From: Macrostomum lignano
Taxonomy: Eukaryota
Direction: 5' to 3'
DNA length: 64,000 nucleotides
NCBI GenBank assembly: GCA_002269645.1
Contig: NIVC01000634.1
Location: 1-64,000, forward strand
Position numbers and translations under genes: made by a program. The notes under the pieces are model-generated. The model was not told the DNA's origin and did not search any database. It saw only the letters and a list, made by a program, of their open reading frames with translations. This document shows, piece after piece, positions 51,780-64,000 of the stretch. The first letter of the stretch is position 1. The number at the start of each line of letters is the position of its first letter.

Positions 51780-52782
51780 TGGCCAGATCCGCTGCGGCTC
51801 CGCCAGCGCTGCCAGCCGGCCCGGTCAGTTTTGTGCCGCTCAGCTCCGCGGCTTCTCCCGCCTCCCCTCCCCGCCTTCCCCGCCTTCCCCGCCTGTGCGC
51901 TCCGTGGATGAGGGGATCGGACAGGGAGTTGGGGATCGGACAGGGAGTTGGGGAATCAGGCACGGGAGTGTACAGGCGGGTTGAGGTTGTTATTTGGGAG
52001 GAGAGATGAAGGAGGCTGCGGTAGCAGCAGCCAGTACAGTTTTCCGCTGTCTGCCTGCCTGTCTGAATCCCCTTTCCCAAATCCACCCTGCGCAGCGCAC
52101 GGCCCAGCCCGGCGCACAAGTCTGTCATCGGGCGCGAAAGCAACTCCAGCACTACTAGATAGTAGAAATGCACGCTAATTAAGCCTTTTTATAAATGTCT
52201 GAGCAGCATTCAGACAAGAACTGCTCAAGTGGAAGGACGGGAGACTGCGAGCCGTACGTTTCTTAGAAAACGTTTATGAGGCTGGTTTTTTCCGAAGACT
52301 ACACTATAGAGATAGGAATTTTTCATTTTTTCAGCACAAAAATTTGTTTTTGCTTTCGATAGTAGGCAGACCCAATGCTCCTCTTTTGATATGTTGTGCC
52401 TCTCTTATAGCTCTATTGATATTTATAAAGCTTTTTGTTCAGAAAATCAGGATTCTGTGTTAATACTTTGTTCCACGCACAACTGCACATGTCCTGTGCC
52501 GAAAAAGCATTAAAATGGCACGGCTCGGCTCATTGGTTTTATGAATCTATTCTGTCATTTTTAGCTCACTGTGTAACAATATGTGTAACAGAGATGATTA
52601 AATAGATTTATTAAACCAAAGATTCGAGCTGTGCCATGCATTTTTATGATTTTTAGGTGCAGGGAATGTCTGTCTTCGCACCTTCTCAAACACGAATCAA
52701 TCATCAATCACTGGGGCATTCGGTGCAGCCCCAGTGCGCCAATCAGCACTGCGCATCAGCACAACGGACCGCATGTGTGTCT

Positions 52783-53008
52783 GCATCAGCTGTGACTTCG
52801 GTAGCCATGTGTGTCTGCATCAGCTGTGACTTCGGTAGCCATGTGTGTCTGCATCAGCTGTGACTTCGGTAGCCATGTGTGTCTGCATCAGCTGTGACTT
52901 CGGTGGCCATGTGTGTCTGCATCAGCTGTGACTTCGGTGGCCATGTGTGTCTGTATCAGCTGTGACTTCGGTGGCCATGTGTGTCTGCATCAGGTCTGAC
53001 TTCGGTGG
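52783..53008. repeat. 34-bp minisatellite, ~6 copies, each containing a TGCATCAG acceptor-like sequence
   Basis: Unit catcagctgtgacttcggtagccatgtgtgtctg. Confidence 0.92.
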
Positions 53009-53634
53009 TCCACTGGCCTTCACCAAGGATACTCCGACTTCGCTTGATCAAGCCTTCACATCGGAGCAAACCTCAGCTGCGGAGCTCGGCTTACGCACCC
53101 GAGGTGTGTTGCACTGCAGCTGCAGCATCTTCATCTGGCCGCAGTCATGCAGAACTGCAAAGGCAAATATAATTATAAATGCCTGAAATTTTTGTCACGC
53201 GCAGCTCAAGTTCGCTGGAGAGGGCCGGAGCGTGTTGACCCCGCGGGTAGAACTGGCGAGACAGACAGAAATAAACTGGCATATGATCGACCGTTACAGG
53301 GGGAGTGAGAGCTTGGCACCTGGGCCTGTGCTCAGTTTGCTGTGTTTGTCGAGACTGTGTTTTTCTCTGCTGGCGCTCAGCGGTGCGGAGAGGCGCAGCG
53401 AAGGAAGAGGGGGGAGGGGGGTCAGAGAAGAGAGCAGAGCGGTTGGCCCCACCGCAAGCCCCCCTCAGACCGCAGACTCAGCTCTCTTCCGCTCTCTCCA
53501 TTTCTTTTCAAAAAGAGAGCAGGCGGGTCAACGGCAAAGCCTGACTCTGAGAGAAGAAAATGTTGAGGCCAGCGGAGCCGCTGAATTGAAACTCGTCATT
53601 GCTGAAGCTGCTCAAGCTGCTCAAGCTGCTCAAG

Positions 53635-56298
53635 GCCTCTCCCCGGTTATGATTGCCGACGACTCCGAGCGGGCGCTGACCTCCGGCCTGCTCAGCGCGC
53701 TGGGAACCGAGGCGCGCCAGATCCCGCTGCGCCCGACCACGGCCGGCCTCACCCGTCGGGCCCGCCTGGCCAAGCCGACGGCGCCTCTGCCGCTTGAGGA
53801 AGACGGCGGCTCCGGCGGGGACGGCGGCCTGCAGCTGCCGCTGATCGACGACGCTCGCCGACAGAAGCGTCGGAAGCGGCCACCAGCTGGCGGCTCCAGT
53901 CCGGACCGGCTGGAAGCACTCGGCCCCCGGCGCCTCGGCCGAACAAGGCGAGTCGGCGACTCGACCTGCCACGGCCGCCGCATCCTGGCGTCGACGCCGC
54001 TCGGAGACGTCGCCGAAGCCGATGGCTGCCGATGTTGCCGATTGCGTCAACACGCGCTACGCGGTGCTGAACGGCCGCACCCGGACGGAGGCCAGCGATT
54101 TCGAGGCCTTCAGGCGGCGCTACGGCCGCGGCAGCGAATGGGGTCGCGTGGCGTGGGCGGCCCGCTGCATGGAGCAGTTCCTCACCGCCTACTCCGTGCC
54201 GATCGCCTTCGTCAACGGCGAGAAGCTGGCGGCCCTGGCTGAGCAGCTCGACTTGTCCGGCCGGCGGCCGACCGGAGCTCAGCTTCTCGACTGTCTCATC
54301 AACCGGTCGGACGTGGCGCGGCTGGTGTCGCAGCCCGGCCGGCGGTTCTCCGGCCCGGACGGCCGGTTCCGAGCCTGCGCGCTCATCCAGGCCCGCTGGC
54401 GCGGCTTCGCGCAGCGCCGCCGCTACCTGGAGCTGCGGCGCCGGCGCCAGGCGGCCGTTGTCATCGCCACGGCCTGGCTGCTGCAACTGCGCCGGAGGGT
54501 CGCCCGGGTGCGTCTCAGCGAAGCCCGGTCGCAGCACCTAGACGGCTACAGGCGCAGGCTGCGGCTGCTCGCCAAGAACTGGGCGGACTGGCAGCGCCAG
54601 CGCCGCGTCCTGGTGCACATCCCGTCGGCTGGGCTCTCGGAGCGGACGCGGAGTCGTCTCGGCGATGACGGCATCGACCAGCTGCAGGCCGGGCAGATGG
54701 CGCGGTTGTGCGACATCCGCGACCCAAATGTTGACGTCGTGCTGGTCTGCCCGCGGCCGGTGAGCCCGGAGGTGGCGCAGTACTTCAGCCGGCTGGCGGG
54801 CCTTCAGCCTGCCATCCGGTCGGGCCGCGCCGAGGACCAGGCGGACGCCAGCAGGAGGTTTCGCCTGGTGGTGCCGGAGGCGGTCGGTCAGTTCCGCGGG
54901 CTGCCGCTGTGCCTGTCCACCCTGCTCAACTACTCGCCGAAGGCGCTCCGCCAGATTCGCGAGGTGGTGGTGGGCCGGCGGGCCTTCATCGTGCCCGGGC
55001 TGGCCTGCGCCGACGACCTCGCCGTGGCCGACCAGCTGGACCTGCCGATCCTCTGCCCGGAGCCCGGCGCCCTACGGCTGTACAGCGGCAGCGCGGGAGT
55101 CGGAGAAATTCTTCGAGCTGCCGGGCTGCCGATGCCGCCGGGCGAAGCCGGGCTGGCGGCGTCGGTCGAATGTCTGGCTGACAGGCTGGCGGCGCTGGTC
55201 ACCTCCAACCTGGACGTCGGCCGGTGGCAGGTGACGCTGGAGGATTCGGTCGACGAAGCGGAGGACGCGGATCGAAGCCGGCGGGTGTTCGACACGGAGC
55301 GACTTCGCTGTCGCCAGTGGGCGCTGGAGGAGCGGCAGCGGCTTGGAGAGGCGTGGTCAACGTCTTGGAGTCAGGAGGGCGTCAAGCTGAAGGTGCTGGA
55401 GGAGCTTCACCAGTCCGACTCGGCAGGGCTGAGCGGCCAGTGCGGCCGGGAGTTCCTGGCCGAGTTCGCCGCTCGCGGAGGCTGCATTCGAGCGTGCGCG
55501 GACGGCAGGGCGGCTCGGGTCAGCGCCGACCTCTGCGTTGAGCCGAGCGGAGCTGTGCGGCTCGTCAGCTGCGCGGACGGCGGCGGCAGCGGCGGTCCGA
55601 GGTTCGTACCCCAGTCAGCGCTGCCACCGAGCCGCCTCTCCGAGCTCTGTGGCCGGCTCGGCTCGGCCTGCTTCGAACGACGACTCATCGGGCACGTCAG
55701 CGTCGAATTCGACGTGTTCCAGGAGGGCGGCAGCTCCGCGCCTGCCGTGCTGACAGCCGGGCTGCGGTTCGGCTACTCGGACACGGCCGCGATGGCGCAG
55801 CTGCTGCAGTTCGCCACCAACTCCAGCCTCGACCCGGTTGGCCACGAGCTCACGATGAGGCGGCGGCTTCCCGGCGGCGGCGGCGGAGGCAGCAGCAGCG
55901 GAGTTCGGCACCGACCGCGCACCGCCGCTGCTGCAGTCGGCTCCACCGGCAGTGGTCGTCAGCGTCGATTTGCCGCTCTGTCGGCCGGCCTGCGGCACTC
56001 CGGCCTGGCCGCCGTGGACTTCGGCGTCTTCTTCCAGCTGTGCAAAGCCCGTGGCGTCGGGTTCGACGTCGCGGACCTCACCGGCACCGTCTTCTGCCTG
56101 GCCGAATCGGCTCGGCGCGACCGCCTGTGCGTCCTGACGGTGTCGAACGGGTCGCATCGGGCGCGGGCGGAGTTCGCGCGGGTGCTGGCCGCCATCAACG
56201 AGGAGCTGGGCGCGGCGGAGTTGTCGAACTTCGCGGACTACCTGCCGCCGGAGGGCGAGAGAGTCGAGCGGCTGAAGGCGCGGGGCTCGGAGGCCTGA
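53635..56298 (+). CDS. iqch: IQCH-like (IQ motif-containing H) protein; 5' end uncertain, one frame break
   Basis: ORF 54022-56298 has the IQ motif LIQARWRGFAQRR and IQCH-typical blocks (VIATAWLL, RVLVHIPS, RLCDIRDPNVDVV, YSPKALRQI, DDLAVADQLDLPIL, FQLCKARGVGFD). IQCH-like upstream sequence (LSPVMIADDSERALTSGLL) is in another frame from 53635. Candidate small upstream exons: 52994-53103 (AELGLR) and 53205-53246. Confidence 0.85.
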
Positions 56299-56935
56299 CG
56301 GAGAAAATCTGCTCAGGAAAGCAATGTATAAGAGAGATGAAACAGCGGCCAAAACACACGCCGGCTTCGGCTGACCTTCAGATATCTGGCAAACTATACA
56401 GCTAAACACTGAAGAGCTGCTCTCCCACTAATGCGTTTTGAAACTGCATATAAACTGTGCTTTTAAGTTTCCATAATTTTCAAGTGCGTGCCAGACACTC
56501 TTACTGCAAGTAGCCAATTTGGAGTTGTATGGAGTTGAAGTACTACTCACAGTACGAACTTTGATTAGCGATGTACCTCGCTGAGTGTGATTGAAATGTT
56601 ATTTATGCTTTGCATTTTAGCTCTGGTAGGGTAGCAGTGAAGGCATGTCAGTCTGTACAGATAAATAAACTACTATGAGTAGTGCATATGTGTTGCTCAG
56701 TACAGCACTGTGCTTGAACTGCACTTCAGCAAGGAATTGAATGTTTATTTGTGAATTTATCTAGAAAATCTATTTATTGCATATTTTTATCCCATTGCGA
56801 TTTCTCAGAATCCCACAACGCCGCGGGGCTTCCTTCTGTTCGATGATGAGCACCAGATGCCGCCGGGGTCGCGTGCTTCCCAGGTACTCAGCTCAAGCGG
56901 CTGCCACCTGCCCTTGGGAAAATCCCCGACCCCAA

Positions 56936-57935
56936 TCTGACACCTACATTGTAGCATCTGACACCTACATTGTAGCATCTGACACCTACATTGTAGCATC
57001 TGACACCTACATTGTAGCATCTGACACCCACATTGTAGCATCTGACACCCATATTGTAGCATCTGACACCTACATTGTAGCATCTGACACCTACATTGTA
57101 GCATCTGACACCCACATTGTAGCATCTGACACCTACATTGTAGCATCTGACACCCACATTGTAGCATCTGACACCCACATTGTAGCATCTGACACCCACA
57201 TTGTAGCATCTGACACACACATTGTAGCATCTGACACCCATATTGTAGCATCTGACACCCACATTGTAGCATCTGACACCCACATTGTAGCATCTGACAC
57301 ACACATTGTAGCATCTGACACCCACATTGTAGCATCTGACACCCACATTGTAGCATCTGACACACACATTGTAGCATCTGACACACACATTGTAGCATCT
57401 GACACCCACATTGTAGCATCTGACACCCATATTGTAGCATCTGACACCCACATTGTAGCATCTGACACCCACATTGTAGCATCTGACACACATTGTAGCA
57501 TCTGACACCCACATTGTAGCATCTGACACCCCCATTGTAGCATCTGACACACACATTGTAGCATCTGACACCCATATTGTAGCATCTGACACCCACATTG
57601 TAGCATCTGACACCCATATTGTAGCATCTGACACCCACATTGTAGCATCTGACACACACATTGTAGCATCTGACACCCACATTGTAGCATCTGACACCCA
57701 CATTGTAGCATCTGACACCCACATTGTAGCATCTGACACCCACATTGTAGATTCTGACACCCACATTGTAGCATCTGACACCCACATTGTAGATTCTGAC
57801 ACCCACATTGTAGCATCTGACACCCACATTGTAGGGTCTGACACCCACATTGTAGATTCTGACACCCACATTGTAGCGTCTGACACCCACATTGTAGATT
57901 CTGACACCCACATTGTAGCGTCTGACACCCACATT
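56936..57935. repeat. 21-bp minisatellite, ~47 copies, between the convergent 3' ends of IQCH and the Na/K beta-like gene
   Basis: Unit acattgtagcatctgacaccc; variants are polarised along the array (tac at the 5' end, gatt/gcgt at the 3' end). Confidence 0.97.
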
Positions 57936-58190
57936 GTACGCCCACCTTGTAGCTCTTGTGACCGCCGGGACATTTTGTGGCTTCTGACAGCCGTTATAAT
58001 TCTCTTGACACTGAAATAACGTTAATTTAAATCAAGTAACTATAAAAGGTGAAAGATTTTCAGTAATTGTCCAGCAAAAGAAGAGGACATGATTGATATC
58101 AGAGTCAGAATCCAGCTCAGATAAAGCAGAGCCATAGGTGTCAGTCAGCAACACTTTCATTCGCCGGGCTGCTCAACTGCAGCTCAGGTT

Positions 58191-59021
58191 CTACTTGAAC
58201 AGCAGCTGCAGCCGCGCCGATGTGCTGGCGTTTCTCAGAATCTCGTTGTCCAGCCAGCAGGTGACGCTGATCAAGACGTTCCTCGGCGGCCGCCTCAGCT
58301 GCACCATCGCCACTGGGGGCAGGTAGAACGGCGAGTCAGTCACGTACGGGAAGAAGTACCTGGGGAAGTAGGTGAAGGATTGGGAGAGGTACCGCATGGT
58401 GGGGTAGTAGGCCAGGCTGATGTTGGCCCCGGACACCGAGCATGCGATTCTGGGGTTCTCCGAGTAGTTCCTCGACAGCTGCGGTCCCGCCTTCACGAGG
58501 ACGCACGGGTCGCCCCTGACGTAGCCGAAGGCCGCGTAGGCGTTGCAGGGGCCGAAGGCGGCAACGGATGGCACGCAGGTCTCGCCGACGGTCGGGTAGC
58601 GCTGCTCGCTGGCGCAGTCCGTGGGGCGCCGGCGGCCCCGGTTCAGCAGCGGGCGCCACACGCGGACCGATGCGTGGCTGAGCTGCTGACCGAGCCGCGA
58701 CAACATCATCGCCATGGCCTCCGAGTTGGCCTGGTCCACCTCCACCCGGGGACCGCCGAAGTGGCTCCGAGGCTCGAGCAGCAGGTAGCCGGTGGGCGCC
58801 GGCTTGAGCAGCAGCAGGCAGACGACGGCGAGGAAGCCGGCGGCGAACAGCGTCATAATGGCCACGGCCAAAGCCACCTGGATCTTCAGCTGGTTGTCGG
58901 CGCTGCTGTCCACCTCTGTGACGGGTGCCGGCGCCGGTTCTTTCGTCGAGTCGACGGGGAAGTAGCGCGGCGAAAACCGGGACTGCCGCCGGGCGTACTT
59001 GGCGCGCTGCGGCTCCGACAT
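58191..59021 (-). CDS. Na+/K+-ATPase beta-subunit family protein (divergent, intronless), 276 aa
   Basis: Type II single TM segment (IQVALAVAIMTLFAAGFLAVVCLLLL), six extracellular Cys in the beta-subunit pattern, FGPC...FGYVRGDPC, YFFPY...YLPPVAMVQL...NVLISVTCW, and N-glycosylation sequons NYS, NIS, NAS. Confidence 0.85.
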   Translation of the reverse strand: MSEPQRAKYARRQSRFSPRYFPVDSTKEPAPAPVTEVDSSADNQLKIQVALAVAIMTLFAAGFLAVVCLLLLKPAPTGYLLLEPRSHFGGPRVEVDQANSEAMAMMLSRLGQQLSHASVRVWRPLLNRGRRRPTDCASEQRYPTVGETCVPSVAAFGPCNAYAAFGYVRGDPCVLVKAGPQLSRNYSENPRIACSVSGANISLAYYPTMRYLSQSFTYFPRYFFPYVTDSPFYLPPVAMVQLRRPPRNVLISVTCWLDNEILRNASTSARLQLLFK

Positions 59022-59644
59022 GGCCTGAGAGAGCAGCTGAACAGCCTCGGCGCGTTGAGCAGTGCGAGCTTCGCTTTTATAGGGCCTGGCATCCCATCCT
59101 CCCTGCTCTCCCCGCTCCCCCCACTGACTCCTCTTCCCCTTTTTAGTCGAGCAATTTCCGATGGAGTTCCGCTGACAAGGCGAGCTGCCTGCCGCTGCAG
59201 CGCCTCGTCCGAATGCAATCGACTTTGAATGCTGGATGGGGCTGGATGAGGGAGGCTGGAGGCTGGGGGGAGGGACAGAAAGGAAGGCAGATGGCTATTA
59301 ATAATCTCCCACACACGCGCTCACAATGGCCTCGGGAAAATCATGCGCGACTGATTTTTTCGGCTTTGTATATAGCAGACTGTAGTGGGAAGTGAACTAT
59401 GCTGAGTAGAGATCCCACCTGAGCCTTATCAATCTGCGAGGTGATCTCACTGGTCACGCCTAGCAGGCATTTTGTCCTCTGAGACTCTGAAGCAGCAGAC
59501 AGGCTATTTTATAGCATTAGAGCAACGTTTCTTGAGGTAGACATAAAACTCGTAGTTAATTAATTCAATAGAATATTAATTAGTTGCAATATTCTCTGTT
59601 AGGTGGCCAGGTGTGGCAGCCAGCGGTACATGTACAACCGCATG

Positions 59645-59800
59645 TGGATGCACTGTGTACAAGCACTGTGTACAAGCACTGTGTACATGCACTGTGTACA
59701 TGCACTGTGTACATGCACTGTGTACATGCACTGTGTACATGCACTGTGTACATGCACTGTGTAAATTGTGTGCATACACTGTTTAGAAGCACTGTGTACA
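59645..59800. repeat. 13-bp minisatellite
   Basis: Unit gcactgtgtacat, about 11 copies, in the intergenic region between two divergent genes. Confidence 0.9.
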
Positions 59801-60847
59801 ATAAAGTATGTTTTCAGCATGATAGAGGTCTAACTTGTCGGCAAGAGACTATGAAAGACAAGGTACGACCTGTTTCAGATTTCCGAAGGAGAATAAGAAG
59901 CCGTTGCGACATGCAAAACTTTCACCGAACTCAAAAGCGGCAACTTAGGAAGCGTCTCAGCTTGAGCTTGCAAGTTTGAGCTTCATAGAACGGCCCCAGG
60001 TATTCAGGGGTCCCCAGGCTGTATGAGCGCCCAGGCTGCATAAATTTCTGTCTGTCTGCAGCAGTCAGTTCGCGTAAGACTCTTATGTGCAGGCATGTGC
60101 AGGTATGTGCAGGTATGTCGATGTGATGCATCACTGAGCAGGATATTCTATTGAATCATTCCGCATTTCGGCTCTGAGCGTTCGGGCAGGGCGGAAATCG
60201 ATATGGCATTATCCCCTCGCAGTGTTCAGCCAGGTTTTTTCGGGAAAATAATCCCCACCTTGTTCTAGTAGGAATCCATTAGCATCGAAATGTATTCATA
60301 GATTATTAAGCTACGGGCTGGAGAGTGCTTAGGCTTATCTGTGTGGCTAGCAAATGTCACTTCATAGACCGGAAATGCCTTACAAATTTGCCCATCTTGC
60401 AGTAGACTTTTACCGCGAAAAGCGAAGACGACGCGCCGCAAAAGTGCAAATGCAGGAAGGCGGGGAGTTTTGCTGCCTTATTGGCTCTGCTGTGCAGCTG
60501 GCGCCTGCATGTGTTCTTTCCGTCCGATAATCCGGGACTTGGAGAGCAAAGGAACCTCGGGGTGTGGCACTGCTGCAGGCCCCGCGTTCAACAATTGGGA
60601 ATGGCCAACCGAAATGCCATCCAGGTTCCTCGCTCTCAGTTCGAACTTTTCTACCCCCCCCCCTTCTTCCCCGATCTGACGGACCCCGTTGAAAGTATTC
60701 GGGAACTCGGGAAAAAAATCGGGATGGTAAAACCCAGGTGACCCCCCTGGTTCGAAAGCGCTTTTCGAACTCCCCCCTCTCCCAGGGAGTCAGGGGGATA
60801 GAAATGCCCCGGCACGAGCGCTGTGCCTCCGGAAAAATTCGGTCGCG

Positions 60848-63800
60848 ATGTTCCGCTCAGCCAAGAGGACCCTCGCAACCGGCGCTGGCCGATCCGGCTC
60901 CTACCTGCGCGACATTCTCGCGCGACCTTCGGGCGGCGTCGAGGCCCCCAGCGACGACGGAGCCAATGACGCCCTCCAGCCGATGCTGCAGGCGTACGAT
61001 GAGAAGAACTTCACTGAGTTGGGACGCCTCCTAGGTGAGGGCGCGAACCCGCACTTGCCTCTCCGGGACAACCGGACGCTGGTGCAGCTGGCCGCCTTCG
61101 ACGGCAACCTGCAGGCGCTGCGACTGTTCAAGGAGCAGGGCGTCGATTTGAACCGACGCGGACCGGACGGCAAAGTGCCGCTGCATCACGCGCTCAGTGC
61201 CAGGCGGCTGCTGACTGTCAAGAGGATGTGCCAGCTCGGCGCCAGTCCTGATGTGCCCTACTCGTCTGGCGCCTACCCGGTACACCGGTACAGCGGCCAG
61301 GCCAGCGTGGAGGTCATCCGATGCCTGCTCAGTAAGTTGTTGAGAAGACTACTTAAGGCTTTGAACCCCAACTAGTTCTTGATCGGGGAAGAAATTGCCT
61401 ACATTTAGGCTCGTAAATCACATTATAAGAACAATCAGAATAATTGGCAGAAAATTTTAGGCCTTTAAAGCTCTGGCTGAATTAAAATCACTGTCAGAGA
61501 TCACGGATGCAGAGTCACCATCATCAGCATAGGAAACGCTGCTGTGTGCGCTGCGTCCTTCTCCCACATTGGCAGCCTCTAAAACTGCCTACCTGCCAAA
61601 GGGTGCATCTACGAGCGTATTAATCTTGCGAATAGGACAGCAACATGTGCTGCAGCGGTGCGTTGATGAAAACTGCAATCCAGATGCCGCTGCACTCGCA
61701 ACATTGAAGGAACAGTTGGCCCAGGTTTTTCAAATACAGATCTATAGTGGCTGCTGCTAAGAGAAACAGGGGTCTGCAGCAAGCAGATAAGGTCACAAAG
61801 AGGGAGGAGCCTTGAACGTCATTCCTAACCCTAACATTTCTGTAGCAGCAAGCCAGGGCTGAAAAGCTTGGTGGCAGCCGTTGAAGCCGCGAATGCTTTC
61901 ATATAATGGGCAACCGAAATCGATTGGTCATATTTCAGCATGCAACGAAGCTCGAGTGTTGCCTTACTAGTGTAGAACAAATACTACTTCCAAGTCGCCA
62001 GTAGTAGCAAGAAATGCGTTTTGCAGTGAAATTTTGGCAGGTTCCTCTATTCTCTTGAAACTCATGCGCTCATTGAACTTTTTAAGTCTTCCAGGCTAAA
62101 GTATTGAATTCCAGCCAATGGCTTGGAAGCTGGTTTGGCTGGTTCCCATACGAATCCCATCATCTACTGCTTCCAGGGGACTGTAAAGCCAGACTGGACG
62201 TGTACGACAGGCTCAACAACACTCCGCTGCACCGCGCCTGCCTCGAGGACTCGTTTCACCACGTGCTGGAGCTGATTGACTATTGCAGTGAGCAGATTCT
62301 CAACCACCGCGGCTACGAGGGCAAGACCGCCTTGCACGTGGCTGTGCTTAACCAAAACCGGCGAATCATTCGCCTGCTGCTCACCCGCGGCTCCTTCGTC
62401 GACGTGCCCGCCAGCAACGGCAAGACGGCCATCGACCTGATAATGGGCGCTAATAATGTTGTGCTCATGAGCGACTTGGCTCATTTCTACACCGACCAGA
62501 TGTCGGCGGCGGTGACCGCCACAAGCTTCAAGGAGTTGCTTGACGCGCCGCAATTCCTGCAGTACCTGGGCTTTCTGGACGCTGTGGACAACGAGTTCCA
62601 GGTGTGCAGCGTGCCGTACATTGACCTAGGCGAGGAGGAAGAGAAGCAGTTACTGAAGAAGGTAGTGAAGGATGAAAACATGGATCTCATCGAGTTTAAG
62701 GAGATTTTGATGAAGCTACTCCAGACCGAGGTGTTCCATGTGCTCTGCGACGAACAGAACGACTCCTTGCTGCGGAGAATGGCGGCCAACGTAGTCAGAT
62801 ACGTGCTGTTTCGTGAAGATGCAGTCATGTTAAAGAAGCTGGTTGCCTGCGGCCTTGTATGGAACCGTATCGAGGTCCTAATTGAGAACAAGCTCGAAGC
62901 GCTGTACCTGCATACCCCAGACCGCGGATTCGCTGGAATGCTGACTCACTTCTATCGGCACTTTGCCAGTGAACACAAAGTTCAGTGGGGACATCTGGCT
63001 AGGCACTACGGCCAGCGTTGCAGCGCCTTCGGAATGCAGGCCGACCGAGGCGGCCTGAACCAGGACGTTGCCTTCCTCCGCCACCCGATGCACACGCTGG
63101 TAATTTGGAGCATCCTGGCCGGCCGCAGCAAGCTCACGGAAATTCTACTACAGCGCGAGAGATTCGACGTTTTGCCGATGTCGCTATTTTGCGCGGCACT
63201 GCTCCGCACCTTCAAGGACAACCCGAGCGTCAACGTGGACCCCGACAGCCTGGAAGAAAAGGCGCTGGCTTGTGAGAAGTTTGCCGTGAATATTGCAGAG
63301 ACCGTGTTTGAGGTGGACACCTCCTATGATAAGTGCGTGACCACCGACTTCCTGCTGTACCCGCTACCCACCTACGGAAACGTTTCCTGTATGGACCTCG
63401 CCGCGAAGAACAGCTCTGCCCTGTTTCTGCAGAGCCCTCCATGCCAGATCGCTCTAGAGAAGAAATGGTACGGCACTCTGTATGATGCGAACGCCATCAT
63501 CCGCGAGATAATTATTTGGTTGGGCGTTATTCCCCTGAACCCAATCATACCGTGGTACCTGATGCGTCAGGAGCGAATCCTGAAGATTATGGACGAGCGG
63601 CACCGCAGCCCCACCAAAAAGAGCAGCTGCGATTCGGCTGAAAGTCAGGACTGCAGCTTCCTGCTGACCGACAGCCCCTCCGCGAAGGATGCCATTGTGG
63701 CAGAGACTGACCCAGACGAGTCGGTCGACGCCGACGGGGAAAATAGCAAAGGCGCCAATGAATCCGCCTCTAAAGAGGACAAGAAGAAGCAGGATAGTAG

Positions 63801-64000
63801 CGGCGAGCAGCAGCACCCAGCAGACGGTGTCAAAAAATCGCCTTCCACCGCGGGGGCCGGAGCGGTGGCGCGCCAGGAATGCTTCTTGTACCGATGGGCG
63901 CTGCATCTGTACGACTTTTACCATATCCCCGCAGTGAAGTTCCGCTACCACGCTACGTCGCACGTAATTATGGTGCTGCTCATGTCATACATCCTGCTCT
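60848..64000 (+). CDS. Ankyrin-repeat TRPM-like cation channel (5' part; continues beyond the window)
   Basis: Exon 60848-61331 (phase-1 donor A|GTAAGT) and exon 62177->64000 (open frame with no stop to the window end). About 6-7 ankyrin repeats (DGKVPLHHA, NNTPLHRA, EGKTALHVA), followed by TRPM-like LVWNRIEVLIEN..LEALY, HPMHTLVIWSILAGR, SCMDLAA...CQIALEKKWYG and YDFYHIPAVKF leading into the start of S1. Confidence 0.85.

Noticed and set aside
53342-56409. Many overlapping antisense and alternative-frame ORFs over GC-rich exons (also in domino, tubulin, PKD1-like, ENT4 and TRP)
   Set aside because: Expected by-products of high GC3 codon usage; they carry no recognisable domains.
56777-57973. 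Cys-rich QMLQCG, VSDATM and VASDTH ORFs
   Set aside because: Translations of a 21-bp tandem repeat that is open in several frames at once, with no unique coding context.

Overview
Eukaryotic (animal) genomic DNA with GC-rich exons and introns full of mini- and microsatellites. The style suggests a free-living flatworm such as Macrostomum, but that is inference. Seven protein-coding genes were reconstructed by hand from splice sites and reading-frame phase. (1) A Domino/SRCAP/EP400 (SWR1-family) chromatin remodeller (+, 1699-18999) with two alternative C-termini: a short read-through form ending at 11260 and a long SANT-containing p400/DOM-A-like form that uses a 36-nt microexon and exons at 16-19 kb. 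(2) A divergent beta-tubulin (+, 13552-15055) nested on the same strand inside an intron of the long Domino isoform. (3) A ~3,960-aa polycystin-1-like receptor (+, 21105-43461). (4) An ENT4/SLC29A4-like transporter (-, 46424-51779). (5) An IQCH-like gene (+, ~53635-56298). (6) An intronless, divergent Na/K-ATPase beta-like gene (-, 58191-59021). (7) A TRP channel running off the window end (+, 60848->64000) that carries ankyrin repeats in front of TRPM-type MHR3/4 and S1 sequence, mostly in an exon missing from the supplied ORF track. The strongest candidates for something new are the ankyrin-TRPM chimera and the two-isoform Domino locus with its nested tubulin. Two single-base frame breaks (Domino-A and IQCH) may be assembly indels. 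No rRNA, intact tRNA or CRISPR array was found. Family assignments come from recalled sequence motifs; no database search was run.
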